From Oikopleura dioica (lineage: Eukaryota > Animalia > Chordata): a stretch of DNA of 64,000 bases. Within the stretch, counting starts at the first letter, position 1. Every line of letters begins with the position of its first letter. Location: the NCBI GenBank assembly GCA_907165135.1, contig OU015567.1, forward strand, positions 868,001-932,000, given 5' to 3'. A model generated the notes under the pieces. The model was not told the DNA's origin. It did not search any database and saw only the letters and a list, made by a program, of their open reading frames with translations. This document shows, one piece after another, positions 1 through 12,145 of the stretch. Position numbers and translations under genes: made by a program.

Positions 1-330
1 TTTTTGCGTCAGCGAATCATCGTAGAGAAAGCTCTAACCCTAACCCTAACCCAAATCCTTACCCTAAGATACGCCTCTCTTCGGCTTTTGCCCACCCTAG
101 TCATCCTCCTTCCCCGGAAAAAATCAAACCTTACCTCTTGGATTATGCAAGCCATAAGCGTAGCACTGACTATCGCCCCGACAGGAGATGCCAAACGGAT
201 CTAGTAGTATTAATATAAATCATGACAAGTGATTGATGAAAGCTGACTGTACTTGATTCAAATCGAATGTGCTGATTGTCGATGTTCGCTTTGCCCCACA
301 TAAATTGACCAGAAGGCTCGAACTTAAAAA
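1..330 (-). CDS. 5' exons of an unknown multi-exon gene (gene X), continuing beyond the window start; paralog of 17139-17906
   Basis: GT-AG introns predicted at about 199-250 and 35-133. Exons read MWGKANIDNQHIRFESN|PFGISCRGDSQCYAYGLHNPR. Two differences from the second copy are synonymous in this frame. Downstream frame unresolved. Confidence 0.35.
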
Positions 331-420
331 AAGGGCATTTTCTATCAGGATATCGTGTTCTCGAATAAATAATTGATCGAAACCGGCTCAATTATGAATT
401 GACACCTAATACAAGCAGAA

Positions 421-2678
421 TTAATAAAATATAGAACAAACCAGGATGCAAGCAATACACCCCCGAATCAAGCAGCAAATGGTGCCAGCAATGCATGTTT
501 TTGCCAGAATCTTCGAAAAGACTTTTTTGCGCTTTGGAGCTAGACCGGCCATGGTTCCGAGCATGATTCCCATGGTCTTTTGAGGGGATGAATATACATT
601 TTTTGGATGGACAAGGGTCAGTTCAACACATCCCGGAATATTCGCGAAACCGCAAAGTGCGTAAGTCATTATCGTCTCGGACAGCTCAGACAGCCACATT
701 TGATTGCCATCACAGTCGCACTTATTGGAAAAAGGTCAGCTCAGAACTCATAGAAAAGTTGATGATCACCTTATCTCGTCCAGATTCCCTGTAACCTTTC
801 GCCGTCGCGAGGGATTGAAATGCCATAAATTCTGTGAAGAAAATTTTTTCCCCAAGCAATCGCGCGCAGAATTCAGCTTCAAAGCTTGGCACTCCTAAGA
901 AAAATCTTCTTCAAATCATCTTGCCAAAATCCTACCCATGAGAAGAACAAATGGGCGAAAAACAACTCCAAATATCTTTTCCAGCGTAATGCTTTCAATT
1001 TCAAACAAGCCACTAAGGAAGACCACAATGTCGTTAAGACACTCGATCGCAGCCACGAAAACAATCAGCATAGCTAAAAACATGAATTAATTATTCAATG
1101 ATATTAATTTTTATTACCAGTTATATTCGCGCAAACGGGAAAAGCATCCAATGCTCCTTGTACTGCAGCGCCAAGGAGATTTTGGCCACCTTTGCTTTTC
1201 TCGTCCTCGGTTTTTTTCGTCGTCTTTTGAAAATGGGCTTCGATTAAAAAAAATGATGGAACTTACGAGTCTCGACGGCGTTACTTCTGGAAACATCAAT
1301 TTTCCCACCATCAGTGATCCAGGGGCGGACATAAACGAGCTTGTTATCAATGCTCTAGCATCAATTCCAAGCTTCAAATAAGCGCCAAGAACGGAACCAG
1401 CGATAGAAGAAAAGCCAGAGGTCATGACGCAGAAGATTTCAGAATAAGTCATGTGGTCTTTTTTCGGGTCGAAAAGAGTCCGAAATACCAAATTAAAGGT
1501 TTGTCAAACCCTGAATCTATGTAGGGCCTAATCAAGAGCGGCGACTCGGCGATGCCAACAAAGATGTTTCCGACGCAGGCGACAGCCTCTGATTGGGAGC
1601 AATTACAAGTTGCTGTCAGCGCTACCGACAAAAGCTGAATGACGAAATCCATGATGCCAATGTGATAAAGCATTGAAATCAAGGAAGAAAAGAAGATGAT
1701 CACGGGGCAGACGCCAAAGACGAAATTTGTCAGGTCTCCTTTGTATCCTTTTTAATGATTTCGAAGGTTGCTTTCGGCGAAAAAACCTCGATTGAGTTGT
1801 CAAAACCAACGATCCTGAGAACAGAAAAATTCCTCCTGCATCCGCGAATCGTAAAAGAGCCTTGATTGGCTTGCTGGAAAAAATTTTTAAAAATTTTTGA
1901 GTTTTAAAACGTACCTGAAATTTTCAATAAAAACGAAACCAACTTCAGTTTTTATCACAAAAGCAGCGATGAAAAACTGCAGCAAAAAGCCCACCAAGAT
2001 CGGTCGCCAAACGATTTTGATGATGGAAATGCACATGAGCATACAGATAATCATATAAATCACCACTCCAAATGAAGCGACAACAACATTGAATCTGTAG
2101 TCGCTTTTGTAAAGACTTTCGGCGTAAATTGCGAGCATCAGAAAAAGGCCACCAAAAGCCGAGATTTTTCTGACTTGCTTTTTGTCGACTCCATCGAGGG
2201 CAGTTTCGACCTTTTCTTTGTAAAGATCGTATGATTTGATAGCAAGAACGATCAAGTAAAAGACAAGGAGAAAACTTGAAAAGAGGGGTAACAAGAGTAT
2301 TGAAACTCGATTGAGATTTTCCAGAGCTTTTTCAAACCCTTTTCCTGGCTCGCTCGAAATCCGAGTAGCAGGCAAGTCCTATATACGCGCCGACCAGAAT
2401 CATGATCGCTTTTGATGAATGTTTCTTCATCTCCATTATCTTCCCGATGAAATCCCTGATGACCTCTCTTACTGCTAGAATTTTTGCAAAAACAGGATGA
2501 ATACTCCTTTCTTGCTCATCTTCCTCATCTCGAACTTGCGAATCCGCTTCTTCTTGAGTCAGCTCGAGTCGACCAGTAATCGTTGCTTTCTCACAATTAA
2601 AATCAGAGTTCTAGTGCTGACCTTACTTGTCTTTGTCCCCATGTTTTCAGGTTCATCTTCTTGGATCTCTTCGCTCAT
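421..2678 (-). CDS. SLC28: Concentrative nucleoside transporter (SLC28/CNT family), multi-exon, copy 1
   Basis: Exon ORFs contain FSSIAGSVLGAYLKLG..SSFMSAPGSLMVGKLMFPE, NIFVGIAESPLLIRPY and TYALCGFAN, which are hallmark CNT motifs. ATG (MSEEIQEDE) at 2678, short GT-AG introns. Confidence 0.92.
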
Positions 2679-3136
2679 TATTTTATAATTCACAATTTTC
2701 TTGCTAGTGAAATCGTCAAATTCACTTGATTTTATCGATTTTAAAGCGTTGAAATGATTTACCCTTTTGTGTCATTTTGGAATCATAAACGAACATGCCC
2801 GAGGAAAATTTTGATTGGGATAGCGATTGGGAAGCGGCAAGTCAAAGTGACCTTCCCAATCGAGGATTCACCACTGTATTTTGATAATACAGTCGGAGTC
2901 AAAGATAAGGGAAACCAAGAAAAGAGATTTTTGGCTCAAAATGCCGGGATGTTCGTTCATGAAGATTAGTTCTAGAAAAATATGTACCCAATTTTTTTGC
3001 GCGATCTGAAATAATAATTCTCGGAAGTCGTAAGATTACATCAATTGATTTATATTTTATTGCGATCTCGTTCAATAAAAATCTTACCAACTTCTTTTTT
3101 ACTCTTTTTCCGAACCAATTTCGGATAATTTCATCG

Positions 3137-3639
3137 ATGAAGTGCTCGATTATAAGAACAGAGAAAATATGCACTGGCCATCGACTTCATAGGTAGAAAT
3201 AAAAAGTTGATATAAGAAAGACTCCAAGTCAGTTAATTGTTCAGTCCGTTTCTGACAGACGAAGAAAACAGAAAAATCTATGGCAAGTGCAATCACTCTA
3301 ACGGTCACGGTCATAATTACACCATTCAAGCAGTAATTGAGGTGAGCCACTCTTCCTTAGTTGATTTTCTCTGATTTCTAGGGCGAAATCATAAAAGACA
3401 CGGGAATGGTGATGAACCTCGTCGATCTAAAACGGGCCATGTGGAAAGTGCTGTCTCAGCTCGATCACAAAAATGTGGATAAAGATGTCGAATACTTCAA
3501 AAACTTCCCATCTACCGCTGAAAATATTGCCCCGTGGATTTTCACCGAGCTTTCTCAAGAGCTACCGCCAGGCTCTTATCATCTCAAGAAAATCATACTC
3601 GACGAAACTGATAAAAACCGCGTTGAAATCTATGATTAA
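3137..3639 (+). CDS. PTS: 6-pyruvoyl-tetrahydropterin synthase, 3 exons, copy 1
   Basis: Spliced translation MKCSIIRTEKICTGHRLHS|PFLTDEENRKIYGKCNHSNGHGHNYTIQAVIE|GEIIKDTGMVMNLVDLK..LDHKN..STAENIA..ETDKN. Contains HRLH, the catalytic Cys (KCN) and the GHGHNY zinc-ligand motif. Confidence 0.93.
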
Positions 3640-5577
3640 GACCGGTAGTTTATGAATAAAAAGCCTTTTCTTTGATCGAATTTTAAACAGCATCTTTATT
3701 CAATAGATAAAATCAGGGCAATGAAGCCTTTTGAAAGCCTTTAAGGGGTGGTGGTCAAGAAATATTAATATTATTTTTATATTCTTCGTTAAAAAAATCG
3801 TTTTTTATGATCTTCACCTTTATCTTATAAATTCAACTTTGTACTGAAAAATTTTCAATCAAAAGTTCGAAATTTGAGATTTTTTCGAAATTCTTAGTCT
3901 ATGACTTCGTATTTTTGACAATGGAAAAGATATTTTTATTGCATATAAAAGCTTCTTAAGATCTTCTGAATAATAATTTATATTAAAACAAAAAACAACG
4001 ATTTTCTGCGATTTTCGTAAAGATTTGCGTGGAAATTGAATTAAAATAACGATTTTTCAGGAAGTAACATGTTTTCATTCAATTACTATTTTTTTTCTAA
4101 CGATGCGAACTTTATTAAACATAGCCGCCAACACGCTTAAGGGTTTAAACTTTTCTCTTATTTAGTTTTATTTTGAAAAAAAAATGATAAGGGGATAGGC
4201 TATCCCGGATAGCGTTTTTAAGGTCAAGAGATCGGTCCACTTTGCTGCAATTTTTCACCGTTTTTCCGAAAAAGAGCTGCCCACATAGAATGGACCCTTT
4301 TTAACTTATTTACATTGAGAGAATAAAAGTTTTTTTCGAAAAAAAAATTGAGTTTTTTAGGTTGAAAAAAGTCTTAGTCTCGACCAACCCAACTTTAACT
4401 ACAATTGGGCCGTGAAAATAAATGTGGTAATATGATTCGAACTTTTTAATCTGGTAATCGCGTGTTTTTTTAACTGCATAATTGTCTCCTTGCATAATTG
4501 TAAATTTTTTTAACTGCATTTGGGTCACAGGTAAAATTGTATGTCCCACATTCAGAATGTGACATTCTTTAAAAAGTGCTCGTACAGGCTTAATAGAAAA
4601 GGATATTGATTCATAGTGGTTTTTCTGTCAAAATTTATGAAAAAACCACTGAATGACCCTAAGTTTTAGTCCTCTTCTTCAACCTTGCGAACAAGCTCAG
4701 ATTGCGCCGAAAAAGAAGTTAATTTAACCGTCGATTGAATCTTTTTTTAGGGAAATGATTGCTTGTTAATAAAATTTTGAGAAAGAAGTCCGGAAAATTT
4801 GGACAACTGTCGATTTTTTAGTTTCCCACTTAGATGCCTACAAATCTGAAAAATGTCCTGTTATTTAGTATCCGGCAATTCGGAAACAACTGTATACAGA
4901 TGTTTTCCTTCTTTTCTTATCAAAATCTTTCTTTGTCTTTAAGAAAAATTAAGTTAAAGGCTGATCACGTATCCCAAGAATATTTTTGGCTTCGGAAAAC
5001 GAAGTAAAAAGAGAATGATCTAGTTTTCTCTCAAAAAAATTTTTAAGCGATTTTGATGAGATATTTTTCTCAAGAGCATGTATCAAATTTTTGGACATTT
5101 TTAAGAAATCGTGGGACAAAACATGCCAAAAAATTTCATAATTATTTGTTATTTAGTTTGTCAATGGAAGCTGTTGATAAATGATGAGTAACAGCTAGTG
5201 CTTAACCTTTTCGTTTTTATTTGATACTGTTTCAGACCAGAAATTAGTGGTTAAAAAAATAACATCCAAACAAAGGTTTTAGAAATATCAAAATCATGAT
5301 ATTTACGTAATAAACATACATGATGCAAAACTTAACCATGGCCGGCGAAGATTTGGAACCACCCATCATTACTCCGCCCAACGACACGTGCGATAGTTAA
5401 ATCGTCCAAGTTGAAGATTAACAATCCAATAAATAAAAACTAAGTTCAATTCTCAGGTGTCAGGTTGATACATATTTTCTCACGCGACTCATCGGTTTTG
5501 ACACTGGAATTTGAACTTTTTTTTACTAAGTAAGTATTGTTTATTTTGCATCATAAAGAATAAGAGTAAAACGTTTT

Positions 5578-8500
5578 TTAGTTAATTTCACAATCATATC
5601 CATTGTTTTCATGACCGGTACATGTTTTTGCTTGCTGATTCTTCTCGCAGCATGTTTTTTGCGCTGCCTGAATCAAGCCGACTTTTGGGATGAATAAATG
5701 AAAGAGGCAAATTCCGCATATGACTGTGAATCCAATCGATACTGGCACAAAATCTCCATTTTCAACGCTATTGGAATCACCGAGAATAAGTCGAAAAAGT
5801 GGATCAATAAGCCACATGGTTATTAATGAAGGAGCCATAAGAATGCCATCTGGGGTCGGCAACCTGAGTACAGGGTCAGGCTCAGGGTCAGGGTTCGAAA
5901 ATTTTTTCTCGAAATTTACTCAGGAACTCAGGTCAGGGTTTTTCACTCAGTCAGGTACTCAGGCAAACAGGTCAGGCCTGCTCAGACTCAGGTACTCAGG
6001 TCAGACTCAGGGGCCTGACTCAGGGTAAAACACAGGGTTTTTACGACCAAGTTCACACTTTAAAATTATAAACTTTTCGTTTTGCCCAGATAACTTTCAA
6101 CCTGACAGTCCTGTAATCGGAAAATCCCCATAATGATGGAAAATCAGTGTAATTGGACCCCCCGACGTTGCTAATTGAGCCTTTTTAGTACTTTTTTAAG
6201 GTAACTCAGGCCCTGTGTGAGCAACTCAGGCCTATCTTTTAACTAAGGTCAGGGTCAGGCTCAGGGTTTTTTTTCTCGAGTCTCGACTTTACTCAGGCAC
6301 ACAGGTCAGGGCCTGTGTACTCAGTACTCAGGGGCCTGAGTCAGGGTTTTTCTCAGGTCAGGTTGCCGAGCCCAGAATGCCATAGAGTGTTGCATAATGT
6401 TGAGCGGGAAACATGGTTAATAGAAACTGAAAAATAAAATAGAATAGAAACTTAACTGAGGACTTACTAAATGCGGAGAAGCGTAAACAATTGTCTTTGC
6501 GATAGAAAAAATTATTATCAGCGCGTAAGCGTTTGCATTGTCGTCAAATGATTTCGCCTCAAAAAAGTCTTTTTTTGAATAGAAGTTTTTCTTACTTTAT
6601 AAATCATCTGAGCAGAACAGATTGTGCAGGCGAAGCCAGAATATATCATGATTATAATAAGTGAAACCATTTCTCCATTAATTTTTCCGTTTCTGTTGAT
6701 TTTTTTGCCGATATTGCTGAGTACTTCTGGAAATGTGGCAAAAATTGGTGAAGCAAATAGAAGATAGCCGTAGATTTCGAGAAGATGACTAATATGAGAT
6801 TTAAGTTCGGTCACATCAGCCGAATTTTTTGCGTATGACCATGTCAACCAAGCGTTGATCCAGCCTTATAATGTTAAAAATTTAAAACTAAAAATGAACG
6901 TTACCTTGGATACTTTTTATTCTTGTCGAATAAATTGTAAAAACGACAGAAAAAATTAAGTAAATCGGATTAAAGACATTTTCTTTAATTGATTTTTCTT
7001 TTGAGTTTTTTGTCTTGTTTCTTTCTTCAGATGTTTCCTCAATTGTATTTGCTTGATCGTTAATATTTTTTAATCTGGATATAATGTTGACTTTTGAAAA
7101 CTCGCAAATAGCCCAATCTGCTCCCGGAAAGTCGTAAGGCATCAGAAAAAAGGTTCTTATAAGAGTCACAATTTTAAATTCATATTATGAAATTGCGACT
7201 TTTCTGCTTATTTATTTTTAATATGAATCACAAGAACCTTAATGTTAAAAGAAACTCCGGTCCTTATGTGAACAAAAATCGACAAAGCTGTGAGAATACC
7301 CATCATCATTGCAAGGTTTTCATTTAAAGAAGAAGACAGTTTGCTCATTATCAAAAATGTCGCCACAGATGCATCATAAGTACCGGAAAAAACAACAACA
7401 GAGGCACCTGCGTATTTCCCCATTATTGAAGCACAAAAAGCATTAAGAACCACATAGGCAAGACCAGACCATGCAAAGAGAATGAATCCAGGGAAAAAAA
7501 GAATCTCCGCGAAATTGTAAAGAGACATCAGTAGAAGACCTAGTTTGTAATGACAAAGAGTTTTTTGGAAGGTCAATGATACCCCGATATCCCGATTATT
7601 TTGATATCAGCATTGTTCTTTTTATGATAAAGCAATGATAATATCGATTTAAATATCAAAAAAATTTTATCTTTTTGTCGTTAGTTTTTTGTCGTATTAT
7701 ATAATATATAACTTATATTAATTCATTAAATGAAAATATTCAGTATTTTTATACGTTTACTCTTCACAATTTAAGGAGGGGGTCGACGAGAATCGGAATT
7801 TCCGTGACCAAAAATGCGGAGAAACCTGCCTCGATAGTAAAATTTTTATGTTTCGGATGGAAAGAAAAGCGTTTGAAAAATCAAAAATGTTTACAAAACA
7901 TCGGTCTAGTGTTCACGAATTTTGCATTTTTGCTTGGTAAGCTTTCATTTACTCCGATTTTTATCTGAAATTAATTTTTTTGGGCAATTTTGAGCTTCAT
8001 TACGATGTTAACCAGGCCATAAACTTTCATTTAAGCATTTAATCAGCAAAATCTAAGATAAAATATTTTCGTCCAAATTTGAGGCACTAGCATTTCCTAT
8101 AGATTTTATATACTTTATCAACTTGAAGAATTCGATCCTTTGGCCAGAAAATGGTTTAAGGGGGTACCTAAACTCGACCTAAGTACCCTTAAAAATGCCA
8201 CGCTCGCCGAATGGGTTAAGCGGTGTATTCTGGCGGGTTAGTGTTTAATCAAATATGAAATACAAGCTATCTTATAAAATAAGTTAATTTTTGATATATT
8301 TTGAAAAATGGTAAATTACAGATGTTTTTTGATCATTTTATTGAGGGATTCGGAGTAAGCCCAGGGATGTAAAGGGTCATCCGTATTCCGGTGGTAGTGA
8401 TGGCAGTATGTAGTAGCAACATGTTACTTTATTTCCAACTCTGGACCATAAACCCCATTTATCGACCAAGGAAGGAAACGGACGTAATTTACACAAAAAA

Positions 8501-9143
8501 GGACCTTTTTTACATAGAATACAGACTTATTTTATACAGATCATAAACGGGAAGTATGCAATTAGCCTGGCCCCAAAACCAGGATTCGACCAAAATCGAT
8601 TTTCCATTTTCTTATGTAAAATATGTCCTTGTTCTATGTAAAATGAGTCCGTTTTACTTGATAATACCCGGTCCGATCACATGCACTCACGGGCAAGGGG
8701 CGAGCATGGGAGGGGAGGGCGGGCGAAATCACGCACCAATCTTGCGGAAAGGTTTTTTTCCTCGAAACATATATAGATTATTTTTACTAACCAAAACTTG
8801 TTATCGAGCCATATATTATTCTTGTCCAAAACATCCCAATTCTTTTCAAAATAAGTCCAACTAAAAGTACTCCAATCGTCATCGAAATGATTGCGACAGT
8901 GAACATAGTGTTGTAAAATTTCAGCGCTTCATTGCAGAGAGACTTGTTGGGACTCCAAATATCGTCCGTTCTATTTGAACATATTGTCGAGTAAAAAATT
9001 CCCTGTGATTTAAGCTCATCTTCAATAAATGAAAATCCAAAAATAACACCTAAAAAAAAAGATTTTAATTTTTTATTTAACTTCCCGATAAACAGGCGCC
9101 CGACGAAGCGCTCAAAAACAGGGTTGGGAGAGAGGGCAACCAT
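5578..9143 (-). CDS. SLC43: SLC43-family MFS transporter (SLC43A3/LAT3-like), the only full-length copy in the window
   Basis: GVIFGFSFIEDELKSQGIFY..C..C..FYNTMFTVA, FSGTYDASVATFLIMSKL and MFPAQHYATLYGILMA match the SLC43 pattern (GVIFGW..LK.EGYF; NGAFDSS; FP.EHFGKLFGL). Multi-exon, MITE in the last coding exon. Confidence 0.8.
5850..6375. mobile_element. hAT-like MITE inside an SLC43 coding exon
   Basis: TIRs CTGGGGTCGGCAACCTGA / TCAGGTTGCCGAGCCCAG, 8-bp TSD AATGCCAT (5842-5849, 6376-6383), subterminal (C/G)TCAGG repeats. Confidence 0.88.
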
Positions 9144-9370
9144 GCGTTTTCAGCCCCGCGCGCAGTGCGAGTTAAAGCTTAAAAGGCTTTAAGCTCCTAC
9201 TTGCATAAGTTATAAAGTCTTAACGGTTATGCTGCATTTCTCTTTTCTTCCATGCTAGTCCGGAAAATGGAATCATACTGTACGTATTTTTAAGCAAAAA
9301 AATTGAAATTGTTGAAAAAAATTGGTACCAATTTTTGGTAATGCAGTACCGAGAATCTTTGGTAATTTAG

Positions 9371-9906
9371 ACGAGCGCCCCCGTCGTCCGGGATATTCGA
9401 CTCTACAGTCTATGTGAACATCATCTTGTTCCGTTTTACGGAAAGGCGTATGTAGGGTACATTCCAAATGGAAAGATTATTGGTCTGAGGTAAGCCATTT
9501 ATATGTATGTATTCTCATTTTTGTCATTTAAGCAAAATTGCAAGAATCGTTGACCATTTCGCGCGAAGACTCCAAGTCCAGGAGCGGCTAACTCGTCAGA
9601 TAGCCGAGACTTTGGAGAAACAACTTTCTGCTCCTGGTGTTGCAGTTATGATCGAGTGCGAGTAAATATCAAATATGAGTTTTAACAGCGAGTTAAACCG
9701 CGTTCGAAATTGATTTTGTAGCATGCGTTTTGCAAAATTTCTTTTATTGCGGACATCTTTTAACCGATATTATAAGGCATATGTGTATGACAATGCGCGG
9801 CGTCGAAAAAGAGGGCTCGAAGACAGCGACATCCTGTATGCTTGGCTGCATAAAAGAAGATCAGAAATTACGCCAAGAATTTCTCTCCCTGGTGAAAAAT
9901 AGATAG
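9371..9906 (+). pseudogene. GCH1: GTP cyclohydrolase I, 3' exons only (first exon missing)
   Basis: Near-identical to 11610-12145 ([36 protein letters not shown]). Upstream it is joined directly to SLC43 5' flank at about 9240-9255. Confidence 0.8.
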
Positions 9907-10561
9907 ATACTGTCTTTTATTGACACGATTTTTTACAATAAAGGGACACTTAAAATATTCTTTTGAAATTTGATCATCGTTGTTGAAAAAATTTTTGAAA
10001 AAACGAATAATTTGTCGCAGTACTTTTCTTTTTGAGCTTAAATCAGGTCAGTTAATCATACAAAAGAAAGTTTTTCAATCTCCATGGATACCAAATGAAG
10101 GAATTATGATATTCCTTAGGTTTAAATACGATTGGTTAGGAAAAAGATAAGTCTTAGGGATTAGGGTTAGGCAAAAGAGCTTTCTGATCCAAGCCCTTTC
10201 TGTCCAAAGCCGCCCTTGGTAAGACCTTCGGGGAGGTTGCGGGGGCTTGGTTACGTTAAGGCTGTTTCAATGACTTATTTTTTGTATCATTAAATTAGCC
10301 TGAACATTACGGTTCGGTTTACTACTTGATCAAAGTTTTTCACCTTGACAAATAATTCGTTTTTTAACCTTACGACCACAAATACCAACGATGCTACAAG
10401 CTCAACAAGGGCTAAGCATGATTTATACGATGAATTTGATGATGGGTCAAACTCAACAGAATCAGCAAAATAAGCTGTTGTAAAAAGGTCAGATCCAATT
10501 TATTTCTTCAGATAGACATTTTTGGAAATTAATAAAAATTTCACTCATTTTTCAAGGGAAA

Positions 10562-10655
10562 TTAAGCATCGATGAGCATTTTTCCATTTGGCTGAGATCT
10601 TCCAAGGGCGATGAAGCAAAGAGAAAGGACTGATTCAGCGCCATCTCTGGCAGTT
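10562..10655 (-). pseudogene. Isolated last exon of the CBR1-like SDR
   Basis: Matches 12629-12722 (TARDGAESVLFLCFIALGRSQPNGKMLIDA*), then fused at about 10660 to the GCH1 upstream region. Confidence 0.7.
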
Positions 10656-11151
10656 TTATTTTCAACTATTGAGCCCTTCATCTTGGTGTTCCATATCAAA
10701 GACTCCGAATGTTAAAATATTAATAAAATAAATTTAACAAACTATGAATAGAGATAATTACCTCCAAAAAGCATAATTTCAATCATCACTGATACAAACC
10801 AGATCAATTGTTTCATCATTTTAAGAAGAAAAATCTCCTTTCTCGTGAAATAAAAAAGGAAATCTCAATAATTCTATCCGTTTTTAATAAGCATTAAGCG
10901 TCGTTTTGGAAAGAAAGTCTGAATGAGAAGAGTCGGATTTTACGATTTTTTGATAACGACCATGAGAAATATCGCCCTGCTTATTATCAAAAAATGAGCA
11001 AGAATGTTTTAGCAACCGAAGTGATTTATAACAATTCAAAATATGAATAAACTCGGAGGCGCTATACATGAGAGTCATGGTCATGCGAAATAATAAGATT
11101 TAAAAAGAAGAACTCAAATCAAATTTTGCTAACATCTTTCTTAATCAAAAG

Positions 11152-12145
11152 ATGTCCGACTCAAATCGAGATGTTGCGAACGCTTATAGAAATATCCTTA
11201 GAAATATCGGAGAAAATCCAGATCGAGAAGGATTGATAAAAACACCAGCAAGAGCCGCAAAAGCGATGGAATTTTTCACCAAGGGGTACAAAGAAGACAT
11301 AAACGATATTATGAATGAGGCGATTTTCACGGAAAAAAGTGAAGAAATGGTGATCGTCCGGGGGAACGCTACTCTAAATTACCAATTGGTAATGCATCGC
11401 CAATTTGGATAATTCATTACCAATTTAAGGTAATGCATTACCAAACTTTCCGAAAATGGCCAATTTTCTCAAGTCAAAGAGCCAGTTCGCGCTCCGCGCC
11501 TGTTTGAAAGGATACTTTTGAGATTTATTTACAGTTTGTTTCCAGAAATTATTGAAAAAAATGGTACCAATTTTTGGTAATGCAGTACCGAAAATCTTTG
11601 GTAATTTAGACGAGCGCCCCCGTCGTCCGGGACATTCGACTCTACAGTCTATGTGAACATCATCTTGTTCCGTTTTACGGAAAGGCGTATGTAGGGTACA
11701 TTCCAAATGGAAAGATTATTGGTCTGAGGTAAGCCATTTATATGTATGTATTCTCATTTTTGTCATTTAAGCAAAATTGCAAGAATCGTTGACCATTTCG
11801 CGCGAAGACTCCAAGTCCAGGAGCGGCTAACTCGTCAGATAGCCGAGACTTTGGAGAAACAACTTTCTGCTACTGGTGTTGCAGTTATGATCGAGTGCGA
11901 GTAAATATCAAATATGAGTTTTAACAGCGAGTTAAACCGCGTTCGAAATTGATTTTGTAGCATGCGTTTTGCAAAATTTCTTTGATTGCGGACATCTTTT
12001 AACCGATATTATAAGGCATATGTGTATGACAATGCGCGGCGTCGAAAAAGAGGGCTCGAAGACAGCGACATCCTGTATGCTTGGCTGCATAAAAGAAGAT
12101 CAGAAATTACGCCAAGAATTTCTCTTCCTGGTGAAAAATAGATAG
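11152..12145 (+). CDS. GCH1: GTP cyclohydrolase I, copy 1
   Basis: [33 protein letters not shown] | [33 protein letters not shown] | [29 protein letters not shown] | HMCMTMRG; zinc ligands present. Further upstream exons are possible. Confidence 0.93.
11360..11622. mobile_element. MITE forming GCH1 intron 1 (larger nested versions at about 32436-33239 and 51160-51820)
   Basis: Inverted ends GGGGG(AA)CGCT..TCTAAATTACCAA / TTGGTAATTTAGA..AGCGCCCCC flanked by direct repeat TCGTCC(GGG), which duplicates the V-R codons. Confidence 0.75.

Noticed and set aside
36-60. TAACCC repeats as a chromosome end
   Set aside because: Only a few degenerate units, internal to an intron and repeated at 17600; interstitial.
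5230-5520. GC-richer block downstream of SLC43 reading LDDLTIARVVGRSNDGWFQIFAGHG on the minus strand
   Set aside because: Could be a small exon, but no consistent start, acceptor or frame between the two copies.
5720-6028. 102-aa plus-strand ORF with GSGSGSG repeats (also 23955-24263)
   Set aside because: Read-through of antisense SLC43 exon into TCAGGG repeats of the MITE; not a gene.
8556-8864. Recurring ORF CKMSPFYLIIPGPITCTHGQGASMGGEGG (also about 30298, 42611, 48874, 55117)
   Set aside because: Lies in a repeated intronic segment and antisense SLC43 exon; starts and ends differ between copies.
3137-12145. GCH1 + PTS as a bacterial folE/queD queuosine cassette acquired horizontally
   Set aside because: Both genes have spliceosomal introns and animal-type sequences, and no queE, queC or queF is present.
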